Positions 12,682 to 25,178 are shown, numbered from the stretch's first letter. The stretch: DNA of 37,322 nucleotides from Perkinsus chesapeaki ATCC PRA-425 (GCA_013115145.1 JAAPAO010000347.1:1-37322), one strand, 5' to 3'. The notes: generated by a model not told the origin, from the sequence alone. Made by a program: numbers and translations.

Positions 12682-14966
12682 TCATGATGTGTATAGGAAT
12701 GAATGTGAATGTACTAGATGTAAGCTAGCCTCTAGTTGCGTTGAAGTACTGTCTCCTCCGTCCGTTGCTGCTAGGATACATTCGATATCACCAACAGCTC
12801 TTACAAAGGGACCTCTATAAGGCATCAACAGCTTTTGAAGGATCCGATGAGAGGCAGGAACAGACCCTCCAAGGCCAACTGCCTTTTCACGCACTTTGAG
12901 AACGCAACTATGCAGGAAGTCCCGAATGAAACTCATGGTGGCATCAACTATAGGAGGAGCCTCAGCGGAGGCGTGGTGTTTATTCGGGTTAGAGTAACAT
13001 GACATCTACGGCTAAAAGGGTGTTGCGCCGCAGGGTGAGCGAAATCCCGTATCGGGATGAACGAATTAGGTATGATTACGAGTATGCAGCAAATACTAGT
13101 ATGCAACAGCAGCAACAGCAGCAACTGAACAGATGAAAGATCTGCCATAAAAATATCAAGTAGCCAAACCGATTCAATTGCCATTCAGCATTTTGGCGAA
13201 GTTAAACAGGTGTACAAGCGAACCATTCGCGCACCTCTCGAGGGTACAGGGACTGCCTGGCAGAGCCAGACAGTATTGCCTGAGGGCATGGAGAAGGAAT
13301 CACGATGATGCGGGGGGGGGTTTGCCCTACCCGGGCCGATGGCCGAAGACAGCGACGAGGATGTCAGTTGAGTTATCAACACCGTTATCATCAAGTCTCA
13401 ACCAGAGCGGATGGGCATCTGGGCTTTTGTCAGACCTGAGTGCAATTCACTGCGTTACAGGAGGAAGCCTGCTGCCTACGTCTCTTGGTCGGAAAGTATC
13501 TTAGCTACCGCGGTTAATAGGGCTGAAGCGCCCTCATCACCGAGGAGATTGCCATTGAGGTGGATCTCTGTGATCAGATGTCCTTCAGAGGAAGCGAGCA
13601 GCTTCGACAGTGTATCAGTGCAATGTTCAGTAAGTTGGTTGTGCGACGCTCGCAGTCTCCTGAAGAGACACACTGATGCTCGTTTGGCTGCTGTCCCCTT
13701 TACACAATCGAGGCGCACTGCTCCAGCTCCTCCACCATCCACTCGAACTCTTTGTCGGTTAAGTCATTCCGCGATAAATCCAAATCCAGCAGGGGCTTTA
13801 AGGCCTCCTCCGGATGACAGGGGAGATGTTGCGACATAAGCCACTTGAGCCAGTGACCTGCCATCGCGATCACCAAGGCGAGGAGGCCGTCCTCCCACTC
13901 ATGGCAGTCGCTCTCCACTTGCCCTGTAGACCGGCCCAAACGCCAGCCATCTCGATCCGTAGCTCATCGGCTCCTACCCACCTTACTCTGCGGGCCAGTG
14001 CCGGCTCGTACGGTGTGCTCAGACCCGGCGGTAGGAGCGGAACGAATCTGACGACTGGTGGCGGCGCAAACCAAGCTGGAGCGGCGTAGTAGCCCATTGG
14101 GTGCTGTTGCTGCTGGTATTGATTATGTAGATATTGGTGCCTATAAGCACGTGTTCTTAGCGTAAGGCATCACTGCTACTCTGGTGGAGGGAAGGGCGGT
14201 GGTAACACTGGTGGACTGCCACTGAGATGACAAGCATGATGAGATGCAGATGTTGATGAGGTCTGCGATACAGATGTGTACACCCTAACAGATGGTATAA
14301 GTTATACATATCATTGAGGTACCTCTTGGGAGTCGGCGGGCCCTGGGACACTTCTTGTGTCACCACAGTGAATGATTCATCACCAAAGTGTCTCTCGGAG
14401 TCGTCAACAGCTGCAGCATGCCAGCCTCCTCCTTGGCTCTGGTCTGAAGTCTCGTCTCTTGTGGACTCCTTTGCAGTGCTAGGTGTGCGAGCACGCTCCT
14501 CGGCCGGCTCCTTGCATACCTCCCCAACCACTTCTTTGCTCTCCTTATCCACGAACGTCAGGCGCTCCTTCCGATTTCGCCTTCGACGTGCAGCTCGGCT
14601 GAGCTCTTTACGGACAATCGGTACCTCATAGAGGTCGTCAGTTCCCACAGACCGGTCAATCTTCCTTGGCGCAAGTTCTATCCCCGCACTTGTCGATCCC
14701 ATCACTTCATCTAAAGCCACCTTCCGAGCCTTCTTAATCCGCCGAGTTGTTGACAGTGAAGGCTGCACTGGTGCCGACTCGGGCTCAGAGGAGGCAGCAG
14801 AGGGGTCAGTGAACATCCACCACACAGCCAGGAGGCTCAGAAACAGTATCAGGCCGGAGATGGCTAAGTCGAAGCCAGCCAAGCACCAAATTACTAGGAG
14901 AGTAATGCAGGGAACGACGACAAGGGAGCAGTCGAATCCAATAATGGACTTATGATATGAAGCCAT
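12682..14966 (-). CDS. N-terminal two-TM, low-complexity, RNI-like leucine-rich-repeat protein
   Basis: A hydrophobic hairpin follows MASYHK. Two short introns join the long ORF in frame to HQYLHNQYQQQQHPMGYY. LRR units: LDLDLSRNDLTD, RRLRASHNQLTE, ITEIHLNGNLLGDEGASALL, PLWLRLDDNGVD. Confidence 0.7.
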
Positions 14967-15189
14967 TAGGAGAGTGGCAAAGCAAAATAAGAGACGCTTA
15001 AGAGTGACGGCTAAAACTGAACGCAAGTACGTTGACAGACAGGCGTAGGACAGACCATATCCGCTACAAGCATTTTGCTGACAGCAACGGTTGAGTAAGG
15101 TCAACAAGCGGTAGTTGAAACAAAGTAGTATTTTCAAAAGAATAAATAGAGGACTCCAACAGGACACTTTTCATGTAAACGGCGGCTGT

Positions 15190-18100
15190 TCATGAGGCAT
15201 CCCGAGCAGCCTTGACGAAGAGCTGCAGTCGGCGGATCAGTTCTCGGCAGGCCTGCTCTGGATCACTCATCCACAGGTAACAGAATCGCATGGAACCAGG
15301 CCGGCCGAAGAAACTGACACCGGGAGAGGGGAAGATCTTGTAGGGCTCATCGACCAGCCGATCGAAAAGTGCAGCTGCTGCGTCGTCGTCCTCGTCGCCG
15401 TTCTTCGACTGGAGGAACTCGGCAAAGTCGGCCCAAATGAATATGCTGCCTCCTGGCTGATAGAAGGGTATGCCGAGTTGAGCTAGACCATCGCAAACGA
15501 TCTTCTTGCATGTAGTAAGCGTTTCGCAATAGGCCGCGAAATACGACTTCAACCACACAACGTCGCTGAGCATCCTTGCTGTAAACCACTGAGGGAAAGA
15601 CAGAAATAGTCGACCTTCGAGAAGGTGGTGTCACCTGCGTCAAGGGGCTCACTGAAGCGAACTGATTGTAGCATTCCTTTATACCAGCCCGGAGAGCTAT
15701 CACAGAGGGACGGCTGCGTTGCCGAGGCAGACCAAGGCAAAAGCCAACACGCATGCCCGAGAGGCCTGAAGAGGAATGCCATGGGCGACTGAGGAGAAGC
15801 CGAACTTACCAAGGTCCTTACTGAGGCCCCAAAGGACCACAGTAGGAGGATCAATATCGCCGGGCAGCAAAGGCTAACAACAGTAGCAGGCTATTCAACG
15901 AAGAGTGTTAATAGGAAATAGAGTGTTAATAGGAAATAGAGTGTTAATAGGAGATAAAGAGGGTTAATAGGAAATAAAGAGTGTTGATAGGAAATAGAGT
16001 GTTGATAGGAAATAAAGAGGGTTAATAGGAAATAAAGAGGGTTAATAGGAGATAAAGAGGGTTAATAGGAAATAAAGAGTGTTGATAGGAAATAGAGTGT
16101 TGATAGGAAATAGAGTGTTGATAGGAAATAGAGTGTTGGTAGGAAATAGAGTGTTGATAGGAAATAAAGAGGGTTAATAGGAAATAAAGAGTGTTGATAG
16201 GAAATAGAGTGTTGGTAGGAAATAGAGTGTTGGTAGGAAATAGAGTGTTGGTAGGAAATAGAGTGTTGATAGGAAATAGAGTGTTGATAGGAAATAGAGT
16301 GTTGATAGGAAATAAAGAGTGTTTATGTTTTCGGAATACTCACCATGTTGAGCGCGGATATATGTCGTCTTGGACTGTCACCGTGAACGGCACAACCATA
16401 GATCTCATCGGATCTAATAACGATAAGAAGCTCAAATAGCAGACAAAGGAGAAGAATGCTTACATCCACCAAAGACCTTTCTCCCCACACCAATTCCGAA
16501 CCAGCCTCAGCTCTTCCAGGTCCGCAACTCGACCACTCGGGTTACCCGGATTCACCGTCAGCAGGGCCTTAGGGTTGAGCCCCTCATCGACACACGCCTT
16601 GTAGCCGTTGTCGAGAGCCTCTCTGAGGAAGTAGCTGACTAATGTGGCGGTATTCTGCACTTTGCTTACACTACTGTACACGAAGTTGAATGGTATGGTG
16701 TGAAGAATGAGTAAATGTGTGAATGATGGAATAGCATTAATACAATGTGAATATTTCATGCGGCTTGTCCTTGGTGCATGGCGTAATGGCAACCAGTCAT
16801 GAGCTCTATTAGCGTTCATTGCAACTTACAGTCTGCTCGGCTTTGATAGGCCAAAAAACAACGTTGCAGTTCTGCAATGCAGTGGTGAAGAACTTATTGT
16901 ACACGAGAAATTCCTTAACAATAGTGGACCTTGTGACCACTGCGTACCTCACCTTGTTATCTCGAAGCCATTCTCCATAGAGGTAGCCACAGATGGCAAG
17001 ACACGGACCTATCAGGCCGCAAGAGAGGCGACATGACGAATGATGATCACCTCAGCCTCCTTCCCGCAATCGAAGAGGAACACTGGGTAGAGTGGCTTGG
17101 TGGTGATGAAACAATCCTTATGGCCAGGATCTCCGAGGGCAAAGGAAAGCATGTTCAAAGCAGGTCCGCATCTGCCAATGACGGTTGGTGTCTCAGTTAA
17201 TGCGATAAAGGCACTCACCCGTTGGCCACGCTGATGACATCCTCGGCGGTAACCTGTGACGATGCGTCTTCTTGGGGGGCCAGGAACTCGTTGACGGCCT
17301 GCGCAAACCGGAGCAGTGGTAAGAACATACAGGATCACAATTTAGAGCACTAAATGTCAACCGTGGTGGGCAGGTCTTTAAAGTTCGAGTGAAGACAAAT
17401 GTGTAATGTGGGGGCGATAGCTGATTTATCGATAGCGATCATGACGATAAGTATAAGTGGATAGAGATGAGCTGTGAGCTTTGAGTTAGTTGCAAGTTGA
17501 CTTCTGAGGGAACTGTAACGAAGAAGATTCTAATTTATGTTAATTTCCAAACCCTTCATCATTGCAGAGTGTAATATCTGCCTTTTGCTGGGGCATCTTA
17601 GGGCTCAAGTGCTAGGCCACGCGGCCATCTTCATTAGTGCATTCTACCTACTGTTGAAACTGCCTTTTTAAGGTCGCTCAAGCCAGTAAAGTCACCATAC
17701 AAAAATAGCTCTTCCTTTGGGAAGGTACTGCACGATGCCATCTCCTGTAGGACCTGCACGACAAATTGCGCTACCCATAAAAATGCAACGGTCGACTTGC
17801 GCTCTGCGAAGCTGAAAGAGCCAAGTATCAAATAGAGTTAAGAAGATATCGATGAAACTATTCTCATCAGCTTTAGTGTGATACCTTCCTGAACTACCAT
17901 CATCACAGGTAATACCGGCGGAGATAGTTAATGACAACATATGCTATCAAACACTTCTACTTATAATAGTTAGTAACATATGCTATCAAACACTTCTACT
18001 TATAATAGTTATNNNNNNNNNNNNNNNNNNNNNNNNNNNNNNNNNNNNNNNNNNNNNNNNNNNNNNNNNNNNNNNNNNNNNNNNNNNNNNNNNNNNNNNN

Positions 18101-18750
18101 NNNNNNNTCCTATCAAACACTTCTACTTATAATAGTTAGTAACATATGCTATCAAACACTTCTACTTATAATAGTTAATGACAACATATGCTATCAAACA
18201 CTTCTACTTATAATAGTTAGTAACATATGCTATCAAACACTTCTACTTATAATAGTTAATGACAACATATGCTATCAAACACTTCTACTTATAATAGTTA
18301 GTAACATATGCTATCAAACACTTCTACTTATAATAGTTAATGACAAGATATGCTGTTAAACACCTTTATCTACTATTGCTCACATCTCTCATTTTAGCCT
18401 CCATCATTTCCTCCATCGACCTATTCTCTGCCACACACATACTCAGGTAACCGTCTGGATTTGTATCTAGTAACCAAAAAAACCCTAGTAGTATTATCTC
18501 TATATAATTGTATCATATATATTCTTGCTCAATATTTTCAATACTCATATATAGTCATATGCACCACCACCACAACAACATCATCAACAGCAGCAGCAGC
18601 GTGGTCGTTACCTTTGCCATAGAGATCCTTCTTAGACTCTATAAATAAATGGATATAATTCGTCACAGGATCGCCTCCCGCTTGGTTGCATCTTCTTGAC
18701 ACCCCAACATCCCCCTCCGACTCCGCAGCACTTGCTTGGCTGCCGGTCAT
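15190..18750 (-). CDS. ACC-synthase-like PLP-dependent aminotransferase class I/II, copy A (11 exons)
   Basis: Spliced motifs: DTNPDGYLSMCVAEN, YGDFTG, PLYPVF, VNPGNP, WWISDEIY, PLP-lysine motif LWGLSKDLGLSGMRVG, MRFCY. Ten GT-AG introns, all in the same positions and phases as in copy B. Confidence 0.9.
15902..16324. repeat. Minisatellite, 22 units of 18/20 nt (GATAGGAAATAGAGTGTT / AATAGGAAATAAAGAGGGTT variants), inside intron 8 (15874-16343) of ACS-like copy A
   Basis: Counted directly: 22 TAGG-centred units with interspersed variants and no unique spacers. Confidence 0.95.
17924..18362. repeat. Minisatellite of alternating 42-nt and 39-nt units (81-nt higher-order repeat) inside intron 2 (17754-18383) of ACS-like copy A
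   Basis: Units are GTTAATGACAACATATGCTATCAAACACTTCTACTTATAATA and GTTAGTAACATATGCTATCAAACACTTCTACTTATAATA. Eight intact cores are visible. The array is interrupted by an N gap. Confidence 0.95.
18013..18107. other. Assembly gap (95 N) within the 42/39-nt array; true array length unknown
   Basis: Run of N flanked by the same repeat on both sides. Confidence 0.98.
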
Positions 18751-18998
18751 CGAGCAACACAGACAGAATCGAGAGGCAACTTTTAATAATACAGGTGAGT
18801 TTGTCACTGAACACGACAGGGCAAACAGCGGCTCTTAGGTAACAGCTTCCAAGGGACTCTCAGATGATAAAAAATTGACGTCAGTGAGAGAGGTAATAAA
18901 TCGGTCAAACGACACGAAGGCGCTGAACGCACCACTAAGATCATATACTCGAGTACCTTCACTTGACAGATACATGGTGAAAAATGAGGGGATATAAA

Positions 18999-21900
18999 TT
19001 ATCTACGATGATCAGCAACAAAAGTGGAGAGTCTTCTTATGACTTCCTTGCAAGCCTCTTCACCTTCCGACATCCAAGCATAACACAGTCGCACCATGCC
19101 CGGCTTGTCCGAGAAGAAACAGCTACCGGGGGTGACCACTAAACGATACGGATCTGATTGCAAGGTGTCGAACAGATCGAAATCCGCCCTAGAGGAGGTC
19201 CCTGTGAACTCGCTAAGGTCAGCCCAGAGGAAGATAGCACCATAGGGCTTGAAGTAGGGGATGCCAAGCTTGGTTAAACCCTCGCACAAGATGATTTTAC
19301 ACGCCGTCAGGCGCTCCCTATATCTATCAAAGAAGGTACCAAGCCACTCCGTGTCACCAAGCAGACGAGCACAGAACAACTGAGATAGGGGAAGATCAGC
19401 GGCTCATGATAAGCTCGCTGCGAGGCTCACCTGGGCTACGGGGCTTACTGCACAGAACATACCGTACAGTTTGTCTGAAGCGTGCTCGAGCGTGGCAACG
19501 CAATCAGAGCCACGCTGGCGGGGCAATGTCAAGCCAAAGCCAAGGCGCATACCGGATAGACCTGAGGAGCTATTGATAACGGTGTCCAGCGCGAAGGGCT
19601 AGAATGACTAGTACTGAGTCGCGTTATCTATCGGCAGCCGTGGAGAAGCGTTACAAACCTAGGCAGCTCTGGCTCTGTAACGGTTCGTTATTGATCATGA
19701 CGGTATACAAGAAATGTTAGTTCACGCGCAGAACTCCGTGTCGCCGAAGTTGCAAGTCTCTGATTAGTCACAAAGTGGTAATACCGGGATTATCGAACAC
19801 ATAGTATTTTTCGATAGTAAGTAATGATGGCGACACAACAGTTTGTTAACCGATCGAATGGACTAAGAGCGGTAAGCTACTGTATGGACTTACCCAGATC
19901 CTTGCTGAATCCCCATAGGACAATAGTAGCGGGATCACGGTCCCCTTCAAGGAGTGGCTACACAATGATAGAGGATTGGCGGAAGATACGGTATGGCTTA
20001 TTATACTCACCAAGTTCAAAGCTGATACATGAGGCCTTGGACTGTCATTGTGGGTTCCACAAGCGTAGATCTCGTCGGAACTGACATGATGATGAATTGA
20101 CAGCAGCAGCAGAAGCACTCAAACCAGGAGGCACTCCGAGCACAGCCAAATCCACGTGTTCTCAATTCTCGGCGCAAAAAGTGCTGTAATGGCAAAGTGA
20201 CAAAGATGCTAAGGTGATGATACAGAAGAAGTAAAAATGACAGTCGGTGTCAGGCTGATACATCATAACGATGTATCACCACTGAGGGGTGAGCTCTCCA
20301 TTATGGCTCCTCCTGGCGCCCCTCCACATAACGTTTTCTTAGATTATATAATTAATAGTATAATATGCAATAATACTAATAACCAACTATTAATACTAGA
20401 CCCAATGGAAGCTATATGTCCCCCACCACGCCGCCTACTTACATCCACCACATATCCTTATCTGCGCACCATGTCCTCACCGCTCGTAGTTCCTCACCGG
20501 TGGCCACACTTCCAGTGGGATTACCAGGGTTCACTGTAATAAGAGCGCGTGGGTGGTATCCATCAGCGACACAGTCGCCATAGGCCTTCTCAAGAGCCGA
20601 GCTGGAAACAGCATGGGCTACAAAGGGGAACAGTGGGCTTACATGCTAATAGCAAAACCAGTATCGATGCTGGTCTTAACTGTTGAAACTACTGGCACCT
20701 GAACCGGGAAGGCGAATACTATTCGAGCCCAGCACCAACTGCGGGGGAACGATAGAGCGATGGGGAAAGAAGATGACCGACAAGGCCGATAAGGAACTTC
20801 CGAGACACATGACATGGTGTACAAGAGTACCGTAATAATAGTTAAAGCGTTTATTTTCACCCCCGCTGCCGTCGGATACATTAGCAGAGCCCTATAAGTA
20901 CGATGGGCTAAAAGCCGACGGTGAAGATGATGCCTTATACAACCTCCTCAAAAGACTTGTTCAATTCATCTGTGGAGATCTTTCCCCCTCCGCTTACCCC
21001 CGCTTGAAGGCCACAGTCCGTGGCGAAGACTGGGTACCCTGGAGTAGTGCTAAGGAAGCACTCCTTACCACTACGATCGGCCAGACCAAATGCTAGCAAG
21101 TTGATGGCAGGACCGCAACTGAACGAGTATAAGGAATGAAGGCATTCCTATACTCGGATATATACCCGTTAGTAACACACAGCACGTCCTCAGCGATGAG
21201 TGGTATGTCTACGCCCTTGTGGCATCCCACTATATCGGCAATTGCTGTCGGTGGCGCCAAGTAGCCGGTAACGGCCTGAGAAGCAGTCGGCCGTGGGAAG
21301 CAGTTATCGGATAAGTGTCAATCGTAAATGAACATGAAATGTAGAGCTCAGAAGGAACTCCCTAGACGTCATCTAATCCACTAGCAATAATTCTCTTTCC
21401 AACTCTTCTCTGGTGTATGTCAACTAGGAACTATATTTGCAATGTCAACGGATGCTAGGACCGAATGTGGAAACCGCAGCACTACCCTTACCAAAAACCA
21501 AAGACACTTGGACAACAATCTCGAATGTCGGGGGATCAGGTTATAACATTCGCTCAAGTGCGCGAAGCTTTAATCGAAGGAAGGGTTCGAAAGAACGTCA
21601 TGGTGTCAAAGAATCCTTCGCACTGTCTTACTTTCACCACAGCTTCCTTCATTTCGTGTGTGCCAGTCCATGAGCCGTAGTCGAACAGATCTGTACGTGG
21701 GAACTTATCCATCTCACTAAGATCTCTAAAAACCTGATACACAAAGTCGTTAATAGCACGCTTGCAAGCGTACCGTACTTCTCTGAACTTAGCCTCCAGC
21801 TCATCCCGCATGACCCTGTTCTCGGCGACGCACATCGGAATGTATCCATTTGGGTTGGTATCTTAGCAACAGTAATAGCAGCAGCCACTATACAGCCTCT

Positions 21901-22066
21901 CCTCACCCTTATCAAATAGATCCTCCTTGGCCTTGTTGAAGGCAGGAAAGTAAACCGTTAGATCTGTGCAGGACGCACAAGAGCACCGATTGGATACCCC
22001 GACACAACAGAAGGCCTGCGTTGGCTTCCTAGTCAACGTTCTCTTCTCATCAGCGTCGTTACCCAT
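18999..22066 (-). CDS. ACC-synthase-like PLP enzyme, copy B (11 exons; start could be about 36 nt further upstream)
   Basis: Spliced motifs: DTNPNGYIPMCVAEN, YGSWTG, PGYPVF, VNPGNP, WWISDEIY, LWGFSKDLGLSGMRLG, VRLCY. Confidence 0.9.
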
Positions 22067-22428
22067 AGCTCCTAATAAAGTTGCTGAAACTGGAGGCAGC
22101 ATACCAGCGATGGTCACTGTTTCAAGCGCTACTCCACGCTGAATGCAACTGAACGTGCACGCATGCACACATACGCTCCCTGGAAAGACGCTGTTGGTTG
22201 CTATAACGAACTCAATACTGCCGAAGACGCTTTCAGTTTGAAACAGGACATCTTATCAACATTATTTGGATATTCTTAACACGCATAAAAACTAGTCTGT
22301 TAAAAGCATACGAGGGCCATTTATGGCCTGATAAAGAACAAAGGAGTTGAGGACACAAACAACATTATGACGGGCAACAGCCACTTGTAATAAAAACACC
22401 ATGTAAAACAGCAGTAGTAGTATTACGC

Positions 22429-24323
22429 CTACTGACGGTGATCAGCAGCGAACTGTCCGATCCTCCTCACAACTTCTCTACAAGCTTCCTCACCCTCGGA
22501 CATCCAAGCGTAGCAGAATCTCACCATACCGGGCTTGTCGGCGAAGAAACAACTGCCAGGGGAGACGACCATGCGATAGGGATCAGACTTGAGCGAGTCG
22601 AAAAGGCGAAGACCGTCATCATCACCAGGCTCGAGGAACTCAGTGAAGTCGGCCCAGAGGAAGAGGCCAGCATGCGGCTCGAAATAGGGGATATTGAGCT
22701 TAGCCAATCCATCACACAGAACACGCTTGCAGGCTGTCAAACGCTCACTAGAGGTTTGCAAGAAACCAGAGAGCCACTTCTCATCGGAGAGCATCTTAGC
22801 GCAGACGACCTGCGCAATGGGGCTGACTTGGGAAAAGATACTGTATTGCTTAGAAGCAGCGCTCCTGACCGTCTCAATAAGCTTCCAGTCCATTTGCCGA
22901 GGGACGTCCATAATAAGACCAACACGCATACCAGATAGAGCCATATCTTTGCTGAACCCCCAAAGGACTAAAGTAGGAGGGTCGATGTCCCCTTCAAGAA
23001 GAGGCAAGCTCAAAGCTGAGATATGTGGACGGTCACAATCAGTCTGCACGCTGCAACCATAGATCTCATCGGATATCCACCACATACCCTTCCTGCCGCA
23101 CCAGTTACGGATAGCACGGAGCTCATCAACATCGGCAACACTTCCCATCGGGTTGCCTGGATCAGTAGTGATAAGAGCACGTGGACGATAGCCTTCACCG
23201 ATGCATTGCTTGTATGCGGCTTCGAGGGCAGATCTGGAAAGCAAGATTTGCAGGTGAAGGTAAGGAGATGACTTGGTAACTTACACATTAATTCTGAAGC
23301 CATCATCAGCGGTGGTCTTGGCGGCGTACTTAACAGTAACATTTCCCTCTAGGGCACAGTCAGTGGCAAAAACAGGATAGGCAGGCGAGGTTGTGATGAA
23401 ACAGTCCTTCCCATCACCATCGGCCAGACAGAACGATAACATGTTCATAGCTGAACCACATCTGAATAATGACAAGAATAGGATGAGACAATTGAACAAG
23501 GTTAGAGGAGAACATAATGAGCGAGCACGGAGGCACAACGCAAAGGGAAGATAGAGTAGAGCAACAAGGCAAAACTATATAGAATAACATCCAACATAAA
23601 CCTTATATATAATATAAATAACTAGAAGCCCAGCGAAATATAATTAGTGAACTGGGCATCATATATCAAATAACTGATATAAACAGTATATACCAGTACT
23701 TATTAATAGTGTACACTCCAAGGAGCAAACGGCAGGAATAATACAACGACAATAATGCAATAAGCAACAGCTTACCCATTAGTAACACATAGAACGTCTT
23801 CGGGACTGAGCTTCTCTTCACTGAGAATGTACTGATTAGCGGTCTCCGGTCTACCCTTTAGAGCCTCAACGGCAACATCAGGAGGAGCAAGATGGGTAGA
23901 CACAGCCTGGGCAACAGCCTCCTTGAAATCAGCCATACCGGAGAAGTCACCGTAGTCACATAACTCATGTCTTGGGAAGTTGGGATCATTAGCGATCTCA
24001 TTGAGGACCTAACACCAGACAACAGCTTTTAACAAATACAGCTGATCAGACTTTACCTTTTTAAATTCAGCCTCAACCTCGGCACCAACAGTTCTGTTCT
24101 CGGCCATGCACATCGGTATGTACCCCTTCGGATTGGTATCTGGACAAGTTGTAAAATACTATCGAAACAAGCAGATCCCACCTTTGTTATAAAGATCCTT
24201 CTGGGCTGCCGCAAAAGCTGGAGCGTAGACGGTGAACTCAGTGGCGGCCGCCTTCTTGCCTCGTTTGGAGGTCCTGAACTGCTGCTGCCTCACTTCACCA
24301 CGTCTAAAGGTTTGCTCTACCAT
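22429..24323 (-). CDS. ACC-synthase-like PLP enzyme, copy C (5 exons)
   Basis: Spliced motifs: DTNPKGYIPMCMAEN, YGDFSG, PAYPVF, TDPGNP, WWISDEIY, LWGFSKDMALSGMRVG, VRFCY. The last ~265 codons form a single exon. Confidence 0.92.
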
Positions 24324-24426
24324 CTTAAATAAAAAAGCAACTATTTGAACGAAAAGGCAACTTTCTAGCTGGTAAAATTCGACCTCTTGGTAGACACGTT
24401 GTGAACGAAATGCTGTACCGAAAGTT

Positions 24427-25165
24427 ATGGTATTTTACTGTATGTTCGTTCTAGCGCTAGTGTGTCGTGAGCTAGCCGTAAAGATACCATTCTATGCTTA
24501 TCTGGCTTGACTACGACCCTTGCCAATATTATCAGCACTCATCACCAATTCCCATTTAACGGCAATCCCACTGCAGTCAATGGGACTACCACTTCCATCA
24601 AAGGATACCGCTTGTTTCTCACACGGACCCACCAGGCACCAGACATTTTGTCACAACAATGGAGTTATTGTGTCTTGCTATATCTCGCCAATCTTACGTT
24701 TCCTCAACGCAGTTCTTTCTTCCTCTCGTAGGTCACTGCGTGCTTCTGTTACCAAATTTGTAAGGCTGAATTACGGCCAGTGGCAGCAATCCAACCGGGA
24801 CAGGCTGGCCGCCTGGAACGGGAAAACGCTGAACTCAAGCGCCACACAAATAGTAGGACTCTCCACTGTAAATCTTCATCGTTGGAGGTCCCCAATAAGC
24901 AGTTCTTCAATTGTGTGTTCAGTGGCCTTCGTCAGTACTGTGTAAAATGGCCACCCCACTGTTGGCTTCAAAAATAGGCAGTGCGGCATCCAAGAAGCCT
25001 ACGCTGTTGGAAGAGAATCTTGCAGCTTGGATGAAAACCAAGGATCTCAACCTTGGTTTAGATATTCTATCGGATCCTTGCCTATCAGAGGTCCAGGCAA
25101 TGCAGATGCTCAATGAAGCTCCGAACACTATGGCGTCGCCGACAATGAACGCTATTGACCGGTAA
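24427..25165 (+). CDS. Possible spliced hypothetical gene with a short coiled-coil (RLERENAELKR)
   Basis: Overlapping ORF pieces 24780-24977 and 24911-25165 have protein-like composition. The exact model is unresolved. Confidence 0.3.
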
Positions 25166-25178
25166 TAGCGGGGAAGGG

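Noticed and set aside
16191-16439. ORF MLIGNRVLVGNRV...
   Set aside because: Translation of the 18-nt minisatellite, antisense to an intron of ACS-like copy A.
15902-18362. The two repeat arrays as CRISPR arrays
   Set aside because: Units abut without unique spacers, both lie in spliceosomal introns of a eukaryotic gene, and there are no cas genes.
20256-20278. 9-bp hairpin TGATACATC-ATAAC-GATGTATCA in an intron of copy B
   Set aside because: Isolated. About one such stem with a short loop is expected by chance in 37 kb.
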